DNA of 64,000 nt. It comes from Phoronis australis (taxonomy: Eukaryota > Animalia > Phoronida). Below, piece by piece: positions 23,928 to 37,630 of the stretch (its first letter is position 1; each line of letters starts with the position of its first letter). The stretch is taken from positions 72,690 to 136,689 of the forward strand of contig NMRA01000215.1 of assembly GCA_002633005.1 (NCBI GenBank), in the 5' to 3' direction. The notes beneath the pieces were generated by a model. That model worked only from the letters and a program-made list of their open reading frames with translations. It was not told the DNA's origin and ran no database searches. The translations under genes were made by a program, and so were the position numbers.

Positions 23928-26900
23928 CGTGTAAAAAATGATTTGATTTAGGTAACTAACTGCAATAAAATTGTTTTTTGCTGGTTCCTTACGCAATTAA
24001 GACGTGATCTCTGGTCGCGGGAAGAAATGGCAGGTCACGCGAGACTTGAAATTTTATGAGCTTGGCCTGAAGATATAACGATTTTCAGTTTCCTTGAAGC
24101 CTTGAAATTGCCGCCAATTCGAAAAAGGGAGTTCAATTTCACAACGGCAAGTGGCCTAAGTCAAAATTTGTTTTTGACGGAAAACACCAGTTTAGTGCCG
24201 CTTTAATACAACTCGCGGAAAATTGTGAAAATATTTCGTAAAACACCAAACGCCTTAGGCAGCGAGACAAATGACAAAACCGAGCCAAGGAAAAAGGTAA
24301 ATAGTTTTAAAACCGATTGATAACAACTAATATATAAGCCTACAACATGTGGAACAGATTTGTCTTTGGCTTAGGAAATACCGTAGGGCAATATTCACCT
24401 GTTTACAAAACAGGGTACAGTCGTCGCCACATTAATAGGTCATGGGACAAGTCGTGTACCACGTAAACATCTCCCATACTAGTCCCGTAGTCGAATCCTC
24501 AGTTAAATGCGAATTAACATTGAGGTTAAATAGGGAATCAATAGGTATTGTTAAAAAATGAGGAGTGGCGTGGGGGAGATATCTGGTATATCAACAGTAC
24601 CATGATGGCCTGACGTGGCACTACTTAACAGTAACTTCCTGGTTGCCGTAAAGAATATGCGAAACCCACAGGTTGATAAATGCACCTTCTTTGCAAGTCT
24701 GATCCGCCTCTATAATTTTTCAATCTGCTCAAATATTGAGAGTTATTCGCTCAGGTATACATAGATCTAGTCATCGGCCGAAATCATCTTGATGAATTTC
24801 GGAAAACCATTAAAGCTGGGGAGCTAGTCGAATTTTAGACGAATTTCATAAAAATCACTCTTATCACCGTCGACTGCCCCGTGTGTGGCTATATCCGTCC
24901 CTCACAAAACACTGTGACTAAGCTAGCAAAGTAACGTGATCGCCTTGTGTCGACCTTCTGTGCAAGCGATTGGTGCAAGTTTATTGTAATCCATTCATGG
25001 AATTATTTCAAGTTAATCGAATCGGCGACCTGGTGACCACACCAGGGCCCCAAACCCGCTTCACTGCTTACGCGACTCACTGCCCAAAACATCGAAGCGT
25101 CAGCGTTCTTTATAACGCCCTTATAGCCTAGTGGCAGCGGATAATCCGCTGACTCCGTCCCGAGTTAATAGACGATTGTATGTCCCGAGCTCGTACAATC
25201 CCATGCTATAAATTTGCTAGCATGGCTGCTTCACATTCCATAAGGTGTGCAATCTATTTAGCATGAGTACTGCTCAGGATTATCACGGGGAGGCAATCTG
25301 TGCGAAATTAAACTTAGCTGAACGAATAGTTTTAGGTTTCGACCGATAAGTCGGAACCAGAAATTCCACAGTTTTGGTAGGAGTTTCGTTGTACCATGGT
25401 TGTACAGCGTTCAGTGAAAATAGACACTGACTACAAGGCGGAGTCGTTCAAATAAAATTTGTTTGAAATAGTTAAATCAAGGTCAAACTATTCGTCAATC
25501 TCCTCGATTATAATCATCAAAGAACAGCTTTAAAAGTGCTGACTCCTTATTATAACTAATACCACAACAGGAGATGAGTTCTGTCCTATGATCCCAATCC
25601 ACATGACCAATCCTGACACTTACCTTGTTGCATTTAGATTCCATACCAGTGTATAATTATTTAGAGATTCGTGACGCTAGTGAATCATCCGGTGACAGGT
25701 CGCGGGTTAGCCCACATAACCATGGTTTTTTTAAGAACATAAGTGCAACCGACCTTGGGAATCCTGTGACAAATGCGATATGTCGTTTACTGGACAGCGT
25801 TCTGTGCTCACAAAGCCATCGATTGCTTACCTCACTATCACTACCGTCCATGCTAGAGCGATATCAAAGGTGATTACCGTGTTATCTCAAGTTCAGCTAA
25901 CACCACCAGACATCCATCGATGTTTTATAGTAGCCACTGATAACTGCCGTGGCAAAACACGCCGTAACTGCTATCTCCGCGTGGGACTAGTCCTGTGCTT
26001 ACTGACCCCCGATAATAGGAGCAGTGTTTTGTGTTGGTACTGAAAATAAAAGGCTCATTGTTATCGAAGGCCATCCGGGTATTTACACGTCAGTGAGAAC
26101 GTAGATTGATTACTGGTTGTCCTGCAGCAAGACATTGTAACACAATACCGACGGGAATGCAATCTGGTAAAACACCTTACCTGTGGGTTGGTTTGCACCA
26201 GCACTGATCTGAAGACAACCTTGGCGTGGTAGAGGGCTGCTTGCACTAAACAAACAAATAAATGCCGCCCGAGCTGGGGGAGAATAATAGGCCTATTGAA
26301 CGGGATTGTGCGTTGGATAACAATTGGGTCGCAATAAAAACATTCAGAGAGGAAGAATAGTGGGTGTTGATTTTGGCAATGTTTATATTCAACACTGGAC
26401 GACAGACTAGCAATCAGAAATTAATTATTTTAGACTAGAGATCTACAAAAACAATTAGTATGCCAATTGATATAAACAGTCCACTATTCATGAAAAAATA
26501 ACGACTACAAAGCCTCGAATGAATAAAACTAATAGGTAACTGAGTATGTTTATTTTATCGTTATGAAACAGATGAACAGTCAAAACATCAGTACAGTGGC
26601 AGGTGCAAGTTACCGATATAAAATGTGACGGAATATGTAGGATAGGATTTTGTACAAAGAGTAAATGAACACATAAGGTTCATCACATGACCAGCAAATG
26701 ACAAAATTTGGTCGGAAACGTAGGCAGCGTTGGCATTCACAAACTCGGTATAAAAAGTGTGTTACATTTTTGATAAATTTTGCCAAGATTTTGTCAACAC
26801 CTTCATTACACTTTCAGGAAGCTTATTGTACAGAGAAAATCTTTGGTTTTGATTTGGAAGTACATACGAATGTGGCAGCGAGCCTGGAAACACCCAACGA

Positions 26901-29636
26901 ATTAATTTTACGTCGTAGGCCTACCTCGTGCAGATGTCTGAGAACAAAAAAATGGTGGAGACGGGACCTAGGTTATGCATATACTTAATTAATTCCACTC
27001 CAAAACATATTATTTTGAGGCCAACAAAGTCAAGAGTAATAATGGTCATAACTTCACGCACGATCTGAATCTTTTCCATTCTCTCGCGGCCCTTTAAACA
27101 CAAAATGCCATACAAGAGTGTAATGGTTGAAATATGACCGAATAAATACACAGTAAATCTTTAACTTTGTCTGTATCTAATTTACAAATTGGCCAGTTGG
27201 AACAGGGCAATAAGACCCACTTTTCTGATTTTGATGCAGAGATTGTCCACGTGTTCTTGGAGGTTTAGTTTGCAATCAAAGAGTTCATCTACCATTTTAA
27301 CCACTGTTTTCTCATTGGCCCCAACATATAATTGTTGAGAGTCATTGTATGTGGCCTCGACAGAATGCAGGTTTTGAATCTAGCGGGGTCAAACCATCTC
27401 ATCGGCTCGTTTGTTGTGTTTTTCAAAAACAATAGTTATCAAAGTCCACAAATATATTGTCATCTGCTTACAGTTTGCACTTGCCTTCGAGAGTATAAAA
27501 TATCACTGATGGATAACAAGGGAACTGGAACCAAGGAATCTGATGGGATGGCGGTTCTATGAATCCGCGATCCGTCCCAGAAGCGTTGTTTCATTTAGAC
27601 CACCGTTACCGCCATAAGATTGGCTTCAACTTGGTCTGAACATGAAAATTCAAGAATTTGAAAAAGAAAATGGTTTCGTGATCATGTGGAGGAGTTTCCG
27701 GTCGGTGATAACTTTATCCTACCCTTTAACTGAGTGCTGTCATTTGTCCTCAAAATGAAAGTTTTTTTGCGTATTGTTAGTGTGCAAAAAATATTGTGTC
27801 ACTCGGCAAGATGTTTGACTAACAGGTTCGCGGCCAGTATATCGGTAATGTTTTAGTCACGAGCTTTCTTTACATACTGAGTTCCGATCTCAACTCATTG
27901 CAACGACTGAATGTTCAAGAGACAGAATTGTCTGTGAGACAGTAGGAGGCAATGCAATTTTAATCAAATAGAATTCAAATTAATGAATTACATAATTACA
28001 ATTTCTGGGTCGGTTCATTTAATCTCGTCATAGAGGAGCATGTACGAGTAAGTCGATTACAATATTTTTGTACTTGGCGTAAATCAAGTTAGAGCAAACA
28101 CACTAACGAAGAATGCGTTGAAATTCGTGTTTATCTTTGTTGTAATGTTCATGCGCGTGCTCCTGTGCAACTGAAAGAAACGTTAATGCCCTGGTCACCG
28201 TCACCCAGGTACGGAATATCAGATTGATGATGGCATTCAATTTGCTGAACCGTAGAACAGTTTGCTGGCTAAAGAAACAAAGGTTTGATATGAGCTTTGG
28301 TTTTCATGAAATGTATCAAGTCCAGTCATTGACGATCTCCATAGTCTTAGAATGAATTACCCTGGTCCACAATGGTTAATGAATAACTAGATGTCTTTGA
28401 TCAACTGGCAAAGTAAAACACGTGGATGGTATCATGGTAAAAATTTTTAAACCACGACTCGACATTTGTGAACAGAAAAAAGAACAAGAACTGGAAAATA
28501 AAGCTCGAATGAATAATGTTTCAATAACATCAGTAGCCATATACGTTGATAATTAAGTCGAGAAACCATGTCCTGCAGGTTTGCACCGTTATCTCAGTGA
28601 AGTTGAAATGGCAGCGGTCTTTCAAAATGTCTAAGTGCCGGTAAAATGGCAACATATACAGCGAATATTTTTAACTCGTTCTGTGCCTTGAATTTACTGC
28701 CGTCGAAAAAAGCGTCCAAATGAAAAATAAAGTGGCATAACAAATTGTTACGATAAATTCAAGCATAAGATTACTGGTCGATTTGAGTTTATAGGGGAAT
28801 GTCACCTTTTGACAATTTGTCATAATTTACTTATTCTCAAATGTATTTTGAATCATTCAGTCGATTCAAGATGCCTTTAGCAGAAATTGAAATATGTCAA
28901 TTTGACCAAAAAAGCATTTAGAAACGGAAAAAATCGTTTTGGTATTGTCAACTCGATATCAGAAATTTACACAAGCAATTCAAATAATTTTGTGATGAAT
29001 ATGCTATGTCAAGTAACAGCAATTTTATGCGGAGATACATTATCATGTTTGGGGTCTCATTTGGGCACATGTAGGCCTAGTTAAAAATATTTCTAAAAAA
29101 TACTTCTAATCATTATCGTAGGCCTACGTTGTCTATTAGAGAGTGAGCACATGGGGTAGTTGGGGAGAAGCTGCAACGGTAAACAGTTTACTTCGTACCG
29201 ACCCTAACGAGGTGTATGCAGACACAAACTAATAACATATTCACAACATATCATGATAATATCTAAAATAATAGTGACCAGCGTTTCTACGCAACAAAAA
29301 ATCTATTGAGACTGACTAGGCCTCAACTAACATAGTAGAAATAAAGGTCTGTTGCGTTTAACATTACAACTAAAGGATATTCGTGAGTATGTTGGCACAT
29401 GGAGGGGAATCAAAGTCAAGTCCTAGGGGTGCTTTACAAGTTTTGCATTACATTGTGGTAGTCTTTTGATTGAACAACAAAACAGTGACAGTTTTCAAAT
29501 TTTTACCAAACTTGAAAAACTGCTACCAGATGGCGTGCTCCCATTATCACAATTTTATCTCCCGACAGGAAAGAGTATCGGGTGCCCCGCCATGTTCGTT
29601 TAATCTGCCTTCTTGTAAAAACAAAGACAAGATAGG

Positions 29637-29673
29637 ATGCCTCGCTGGGTTTCCTGCGCCAAATATGGTGTTG
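29637..29673 (+). CDS. DOCK1: DOCK-A (DOCK1/2/5-like) Rac GEF exon 1
   Basis: ATG CCT CGC TGG GTT TCC TGC GCC AAA TAT GGT GTT G|gtatgt = MPRWVSCAKYGV, like the DOCK1 start M.RWV...KYGV; phase 1 fits exon 2. Confidence 0.88.
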
Positions 29674-30198
29674 GTATGTACTTAATGGTTAACTAAACCT
29701 GTGAAATCCATTATTGTCCTTATTTCAGCAAACTTGCACTCTTTAGTGCCTATCGGAATTTGTGCTTCAGACATCTTCCGGTTTCGCCTTTGCTTTGGCG
29801 TTAGTCAATCAGTGATTGAGTAACTTTGTTTGTCATCTGATCAATGATTCCTATGTAAATGTGTCATTGACACACCCGTCTGTATGTTTTAGACAGAGAA
29901 TTTTGTGAAATATATTGGATTTGAAGTCAGCATAAATCGTCTAAACTTGCTGTGAATCATGACGCAAAACTCGATTTCCTGAATTTTCTTTCCGTGAAAT
30001 TACAAACAAGGAACTCATTTATCTGAACAATTAAGACCGTGAACTCCACCATAGAATCTTTCAATCCAACATTGTTTTACTATGTATTGCCAATCTACGC
30101 TTTTTGCATGGTTTATTTGTTTTCCTACTGCTTGATGAGTAATTGATGATTCACACACTACTAGTACTTGACTTCCTAAAACCACCTGTAACATTTAA

Positions 30199-30920
30199 GG
30201 GCACTAGTCGGATACAATGGACCCTAACTTATTCCAAATTAATCTAATAAATGTGGGTCTAAATGAATGATTTTGATATCGTTGCATTCCTCATACATCT
30301 GGCTATCCGTACATGTCCACCTCACGACCCTCAATTACTCCGTTCTATATCTGTGCTATTCTGAACTCGGTCCACTTTAGCCACACGCACTGTGAAATCG
30401 GCAGCCATTATGCCTAGCGCCATCTATTGGTGATCTGCTACAACACGCGCTGTTCCTTTTTCACTAGTCAACATCATTGGTCGATTTCGTCAATTATTAA
30501 CGTCATCATTATTAATCATCGTTATGTCTGCTCTCGTCATCCTCTTTCGCCATCTTATCTGTCATCGTCATGTTGTCGTCGTCCATGAGACGCGTACGAT
30601 GATGTTAATAATTGACAAAATCGACCATTGACGTTGACTGATGAAAAAGGAACAGCGCGTATTGTAGCAGACTGCCGACAGATGGCGCTAGGTATAGTAA
30701 GTTCCCTGAAATGGCTGCCGATTTCACAATGCGCGTGGCTAAAGTGGACCGAGTTCGGAATAGTGTAGTTATAGAACGGAGTAATTGAGGGTTGTGAGGT
30801 GGATATGTACGGATAGCCAGATGTCTGAGGAATGCAACAATATTAGAATCATTTATTTAGACTCACATTTAGTGGATTTATTTGTAATAAGTTAGGGTCC
30901 ATTATATCCGACTAGTACCC
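30199..30920. mobile_element. ~720-bp almost fully palindromic MITE in DOCK intron 1
   Basis: gggcactagtcggatacaatggaccctaacttatt... vs ...aataagttagggtccattatatccgactagtaccc; arms ~320 bp; TTAA on left flank. Confidence 0.9.
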
Positions 30921-31746
30921 ATTTCATTTCAGTCCCTGTTTTTATTACATCCCATATTGCAGAGGTTCACGTTCCAAATTGTTGAGTTTCTGGCATACAT
31001 TTTAGTTGTGCTGACCTAAAATCAACAATGGTTTTTCCCATTCAGTAGAGCCCTCACATTGAAGTATTAGTCCGTTTTATCCATGCTGTCTTGTTAAAAC
31101 ATCTATTATCCCCTTGTGCACAAACAAAATGCATGTCAAACTTTGACAAGGGGTTTCAGTTCTGGCCCAAATTTTTCTATCCAATAATTCTTCACTAGCA
31201 CACATTATTCATAGCTTGTAAAAACATGGTGGGGCCCTTCCAATTTTTGCCGAATGATTCCGACTTCTGTCTGTTTACTTCTTGTAGTATTTTGAGTGGG
31301 TACTCCGATGTGCCTTGGTGACTCCGCGGTGTCCTGAGATTTTTTACCAGACCGCCAAAAGAAATTGAAAGTCCTGTAAATTGAGCATTATCAAAGCTGT
31401 GAAGTTTCCTCTTTTAAGAGGATTTCCTCTTTTTTGGTTTCGGTTTCCTCTTGCTTGATTGCCAATTTCCTCTTTTTTCATCTCCTTTTTGTCATTATTT
31501 TGATTTCATTCATTCAAAAGCATTTATTTCAGTTAAATTTCACAGCACAAATTAAAATATTTCTATTAAATAAGCCTATTTATTTGTGGAACTGTACATA
31601 ACCTGGAAAATGTTCCTAATTTTTGTCATTGGTTATTCCAAACCCTGGAATATGTAACTGTTTGTGTCATTGGTCATTCCAAGCCCTGTATTATCTGCAC
31701 CCATTAGCTGGTGGTAAACACTAATGCTCACTTTTTCATTTTGTAG

Positions 31747-31830
31747 TCGTCAACAATTTCAAACCAAAAGACAAGCGGCAACTCAAAGTTGAAGTTGGCG
31801 ATACTGTTCACATTGTCGAAGAATATGGAG
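31747..31830 (+). CDS. DOCK1: DOCK exon 2 (SH3)
   Basis: tgtag|..|gtatgg, 84 nt; VNNFKPKDKRQLKVEVGDTVHIVEEYG. Confidence 0.95.
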
Positions 31831-32516
31831 GTATGGAGATGTTGTTTGAACCAGTCATTTGTGTTACCTTTTGGTGTGATAAGAAATTTATGAAGTGGGC
31901 TAGTCAGGTGTTACATTACTTTGAAGACAACATGCAAAAATTTATTATGAAGATCTTATGAGGCATTGCATGGAACTGATGTAGTCCCTTGGAAATCCTG
32001 GCAAACTGATTACATTTTACTGTGTGTAGTCATTGCTGGTGAAATGAAATGAAACAATTATCTTTTCATTTGAATTTCCAGATGTATTATAATAATTTTG
32101 TGAGCACTAATTTCCTAATGTTTCCATTGAAGATTCTTCTTTAAATTAAAGAAAGTCTTAAAAGTGGTTACAGTGTTTACCCAGTGCTGCATTGCTGTGC
32201 CATTTAATAATTTTGAATGTGCGTCACCTTACATGTCATTTTGGTGGTAAGAAATGTAATTAAATAAATGAAAGCAATCTGTAACTGTTTCCGGTTGTGT
32301 TCCTGTATTTTTCATTGATAAAGACATTAGCATTTGTCTCATTTTTTCCAATTGTATGTCATGCTGTGCTATTGTTATCGTTAACAGACTGTTTTCATGA
32401 CCCGTGGAACTTCAAATGGATCCTTAATTTTTTTACTGTGAGTTCTTTGGACCCCAGTGTTTGGATGTTAAGGACAAACTCTGGGTTATATGTCTGGCTC
32501 TGGTTTCTTGTTTCAG

Positions 32517-32613
32517 ACTGGTACCGCGGTTACCTCACCAAGAACCGCCACGTCAAGGGAATATTTCCACAGAGTCTTGTTCACATCAAAGATGTCACTG
32601 TCACGCGCATGGG
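32517..32613 (+). CDS. DOCK1: DOCK exon 3 (SH3)
   Basis: ttcag|..|gtaagt, 97 nt; [25 protein letters not shown]. Confidence 0.96.
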
Positions 32614-33441
32614 GTAAGTGAGCACAGAATTTAAACAACACGTCATGTATGGATATTTATAAGCAGTACAGTTTGTGTAGTGAACATAGGATTTGGGAGT
32701 GTGAAAGAGACTTCTGTTAGATCCACTCTCGTATTTTTTAGGAGAAAATAGGCCGAGTTGGCAAAGGTGAAGCCATCTCTTTCATCCATGGACATTATGT
32801 TCAGAAAAAGATAAGTCTGATGACATCCCACATCTTCTAATTTCCAAGTCCGTGGAACGTGCTCAGTAGCTTAGCTCTGTTATGTTGTTGACTGCAGGCA
32901 TGTCTGTGGAAATGACAGTGTGATCTGTATAGCCGTTCCTGTTTTTTAACCCTGAGAGTGGTTTTGCAATTGCATTAATACACATGTAAAACAGGCGAGA
33001 TGATGTTTAACTGTTGCTCAGAGATCTGTTGAGAGTTTCTGTTATCATTTCTCCAGTCTGGGACATGGGTCTAAAATTTGAGACACCGAATCCAAACTGA
33101 AATTAACTACTCTTATGACTGAAGATTGAGACATGCCTTGGGTGATTTTTCACTGATTGTAATTCTTGAATTTTAGACAGCCAATATCTCCAAAATTGGT
33201 ACGAGCTCTAACTATGAAATTGAAAATTTTTTACCGTACTGTTAAAGGTTTTGTCCTATTTTTGCCCATGCTCACCATAGTTGGCGATTGAGCAAGAATT
33301 TATTATAAGGATTGAAATTTTCAACATTTTCTTGTATTAGCAGTTGTTTCATTTTCCTTGATTTTGTTGAATTGTGTTTAAAATGTTGTTTGCATTGACT
33401 GTTTACTTGAGGTCCTGTATTTCTCAATCATTCTGTTGCAG

Positions 33442-33538
33442 CGCCTATGAAAGTCTCACTCTCAAAGATCTGCCCATTGTACAGGAGATGACATCAGTCT
33501 TACGAGAATGGGGCGTGATATGGCGCAATCTTTACATT
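33442..33538 (+). CDS. DOCK1: DOCK exon 4, copy 1
   Basis: tgcag|..|gtacgt, 97 nt; AYESLTLKDLPIVQEMTSVLREWGVIWRNLYI. Confidence 0.93.
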
Positions 33539-34253
33539 GTACGTGCACTCTCCTTCTTTACTTGCCAAATGTTCGCAAGTCATCAGTTGCTCTGCAATAC
33601 ACACCAGGCTTCAGGNAAAAAGATAAGTCTGATGACATCCCACATCTTCTAATTTCCAAGTCCGTGGAACGTGCTCAGTAGCTTAGCTGTGTTGTGTTGT
33701 TGACTGCAGGCATGTCTGTGGAAATGACAGTGTGATCTGTATAGCCGTTCCTGTTTTTCAACCCTGACAGTGGTTTTGCAATTGCATTAATACACATGTA
33801 AAACAGGCGAGATGATGTTTAACTGTTGCTCAGAGATCTGTTGAGAGTTTCTGTTATCATTTCTCCAGTCTGGGACTGGGTCTAAAATTTGAGACACCGA
33901 AATCCAAACTGAAATTAACTACTCTTATGACTGAAGATTGAGACATGCCTTGGGTGATTTTTCACTGATTGTAATTCTTGAATTTTAGACAGCCAATATC
34001 TCCAAAATTGGTACGAGCTCTAACCATGAAATTGAAAATTTTTTACCGTACTGTTAAAGGTTTTGTCCTATTTTTGCCCATGCTCACCATAGTTGGCGAT
34101 TGAGCAAGAATTTATTATAAGGATTGAAATTTTCAACATTTTCTTGTATTAGCAGTTGTTTCATTTTCCTTGATTTTGTTGAATTGTGTTTAAAATGTTG
34201 TTTGCATTGACTGTTTACTTGAGGTCCTGTATTTCTCAATCATTCTGTTGCAG

Positions 34254-34350
34254 CGCCTATGAAAGTCTCACTCTCAAAGATCTGCCCATTGTACAGGAGA
34301 TGACGTCAGTCTTACGAGAATGGGGCGTGATATGGCGCAATCTTTACATT
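34254..34350 (+). CDS. DOCK1: DOCK exon 4, copy 2 (allelic duplicate)
   Basis: Same peptide as copy 1; one synonymous change ACA/ACG. Confidence 0.85.
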
Positions 34351-35239
34351 GTACGTGCACTCTCCTTCTTTACTTGCCAAATGTTCTCAAGTCATCAGTT
34401 GCTCTGCAATACACACCAGGCTTCAGGATTTAATCCTTGAACTCAGACTTGACTCGGGCTCAGATGCAAACTTGAAATTCAGCCAGTCACTCTGCAAGAT
34501 TCTAGTGCAAATGTGTTATGTTTATTCAAAAACTGTCATGCAGTTGGTCTATCTTTAAGTCAACTTTCGAGCACAGACATTAGACGCTGGCCTAGAAGTA
34601 AACGGACAAAAAATTTGGTAATCTGAAGCTACAAATGCTTCATTTCAGGAGAATTCTACTCACACTCAGCCATCATGACAGGACTTTTGAGCCATTTTGT
34701 CTGATTGTTTTGAAGTCTACTGGTCAACAGCATGGCCTAGTGCATTTAAACAATTTTTTTTGTTGACACTTCAGCCCGTGGTATGCCTGTTCCCGGGTTT
34801 AAATTTATGAGCATCTTTAGCAAAATGCAACAATTCGGCTTACTTAGGATTATCGTCTTTCAGCTATGACAGTGCAGAGTCGAGCAAAATCTGATTTATG
34901 CATTTTTCTACACTACGCTTTTAGGAACTTTCAAAAAAATTTTCACTTTTGCAGGGGTTGTTGTTGAACTAGGGAATTTATGAAAGAACTCGTGAGTTGT
35001 ATAAAGTGAAGTGATAACTTAGAAAACTGTTACAGCATTTTTGAGAGTCCACCAGTTAATGGTCTTGTTACTGAGGCTGGCGTTTTGCCATTTACCTGTC
35101 CTGTTTGATTAATTTTACTAAAAGGGCCTAGTCACATGACCCGGTCGTTTCCATATTGGTGCAAAGTCAAAAATCAAACTCTTCAGTGTTTTTATTGGGA
35201 AAATAAAGATTTTTACTGAGTTAAGTTCATTTGTACATA

Positions 35240-36033
35240 TTAGGCTAAAAACACAGGTTTATCCAGATTTATCATACCATGACAAAATTTATCACACCAG
35301 TACAAAAAAATTGTCACGCCAGCACACGTTGGAGAAAATTTCTTGCCAGGAGAAAATTCATGCCAGGAGACCATGTGACAATGACAATACCGCTGTGTTT
35401 CTGTTATACTCAGCTGTATTCAAGTTTAGTGTACGGTGTCCAGGTTTACACTGACTTGTGTCCTAAAACGTAGAAGAGCATGGACACACCCAGGGGAGCT
35501 TGGGGGTCTCAAATGAGCCCCCAATGTGGCGAATTGGGCAAAAAGGTCCGTCTCAATGAAATGAAAAGTCTGAGCAAAGGAGACGAAGTCCACAAAGTCC
35601 ACAGGAATTTGGCGCGGATGCACAATTCTTGGGACTGAACCTAGTGGCCCCGTTTTATTTTTTCTTTTTAGTCCTCGCTGATTTTTTTCAGTAGGTCTGC
35701 GTACCGAAAAATTCGAGCCCCCCCCCTATATTTTAGGCTGGGTGCGGGCATGAAGAGATGACAGAAATTCAACCTCATTGTCACGATAATGTGACTGTCG
35801 TCGGCGAAACATTGTGTACCTGTCGTGTCATCTCTTTCAGGGGTCACATGCTTGTGGATGGTCACGTGGTCTCTTGGCATGAAATTTTCCTAATGTGAAA
35901 TTTTCCTGTTGTGTGAAATTTTCCAGACGTAATAAATTTTCTGTTCTGGTGTGATAAAGTTTTGGTCCTGACGTGATAAATTTTAAGTCCTGGCGTGATA
36001 AATGTTAGTTTTGAGTTTATTTTTGGTCCTGCA
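35240..36033. mobile_element. Inverted-repeat element with a family B MITE nested inside
   Basis: Left arm with repeated atttatcacaccag/aaaattcatgccaggagaccatgtgac, right arm gtcacgtggtctcttggcatgaaatttt/ctggtgtgataaa; boundaries approximate. Confidence 0.6.
35479..35752. mobile_element. MITE family B copy with 5-bp flanking duplication AAGAG
   Basis: aagag|catggacacacccagggg ... ctgggtgcgggcatg|aagag. Confidence 0.8.
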
Positions 36034-36542
36034 GAGAATTTAATTCTTGAATACAAAATCTGTGACCTGGAGTTTTTTCTGCTTTGGCTTTCCATACTTT
36101 AGAGCATGTTGTTTTGTTATCGAAGTACGTACTCTAATGAAGACTGATTATGTTGAGTCAGTAGCCAGTTCTCAAAACACCGCAGCACCCTCTGTGGTTC
36201 AGTAACATTTACCCATAATGCAGCGCTTGTTCCACTGTTGCTGTGTTAATGGCTATTTTACATCAGAATTGTTTCACTGAGTGAGATGTTATAAATCGTT
36301 TTTCGCTTGTTCAACTCAGCTCAAGCGTGTTAGCAACGTCACCTTTTGAAAACTGCACCTGTCACCCAAAGGTTTTTGTTACCTCAGTCTGTAAAAGAGG
36401 TGAGTCGAATTTGGGAAGCGGGAATTTCCCGCTGTCTGTGCATGTCATCGAATTAGAGAATCGTGGTGTACTGTTGTGATTGAGCCAATGTCTGCATGTC
36501 TTTTAATGTCAAAAAAGCAAATTAAAGTGTTTGTTCTTGCAG

Positions 36543-36632
36543 AGCCGTAACCCTGACTACGTGAGGGTTAGCCAAATGATGTTGGATTTGATCGATGCCA
36601 GGCGACAGATAATGTCTTCCAAACTCACCACG
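36543..36632 (+). CDS. DOCK1: DOCK exon 5, copy 1
   Basis: tgcag|..|gtaggt, 90 nt phase 0-0; SRNPDYVRVSQMMLDLIDARRQIMSSKLTT (aligns to M.DL.E.R.QI.S..L). Confidence 0.9.
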
Positions 36633-37574
36633 GTAGGTGACTAGTCTTAAGTCATTTTTTTCGCTAGAGGAAGTAAGTTGTGTCCAGTTCCAAAGGTGCA
36701 GGTAATATTCACGCATTTGACCAACACTTTTGGAGATAAAATCAGATCCATAGTTAAGTCATCTACTTGTAGGTGTAAGTTCATTTGGCTGTACTTGAGG
36801 CTTTATCACACCAAATTCTGAACATTTTGATGTAACAGATTGGACTGAGCATAAATTGGCAATTTTGACCAAAAACACGTCTTGAATGTAAATGCACCAC
36901 TTGAAGACATAATGTGTTTTTGTTGCAATTTAGAATCTGTAGAAGATGAAGTACATTTTATTTTTGTGTGTTGCTTATATAGTTCACTAAGAGATGACCA
37001 GTTTCACAGTATAGTACAGTTCAGTCAGATTTTTAGAGTAGGGAAACTTTAATATGTTCGTAAAAATTAATACAGTTTTACGTATGTTCTGATTAATCAG
37101 TGTGCGCCAACAACAGATGCACCCATTGTTTTCTCCTGGAGAGTTGGAAGGGATTATTAATGTTGGTCAGTTCCTTAGCATACTGAACAATGTTTGCTTA
37201 GTACATTACACAAATAAGTAAGTCTGACTTCATTGTAATTAATTTAATTTGACATTTGATTTCATTTGACTGGGTCCAGAATGTCAGAGTGACATCATAC
37301 TAAACAGTCGCATAGCTAATGAATATCACGTGCCAACAACAGATGCACCCATTGTTTTCTCCTGGAGAGTTGGAAAGGATTATTAATGTTGGTCAGTTCC
37401 TTAGCATACTGAACAATGTTTGCTTAGTACATTACACAAATAAGTAAATCTGACTTCATTGTTATTAATTTAATTTGACATTTGATTTCATTTGACTGGG
37501 TCCAGAATGTCAGAGTGACATCATACTAAACAGTCGCATAGCTAATGAATATCACGTGTCACTTTTGTTTCCAG

Positions 37575-37630
37575 GAACAACTGAAAGAACTTCAACAGAA
37601 AGCCACTGCCAAGATAGACATGGGAAATAC
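37575..37630 (+). CDS. DOCK1: DOCK exon 6, copy 1
   Basis: ccag|..|gtagga, 56 nt; EQLKELQQKATAKIDMGN. Confidence 0.92.

Larger units (their letters stand above)
32805..34427. repeat. ~811-bp tandem duplication split by a single N (probable uncollapsed haplotypes)
   Basis: 32805-33615 is nearly identical to 33617-34427; N at 33616. Confidence 0.9.
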
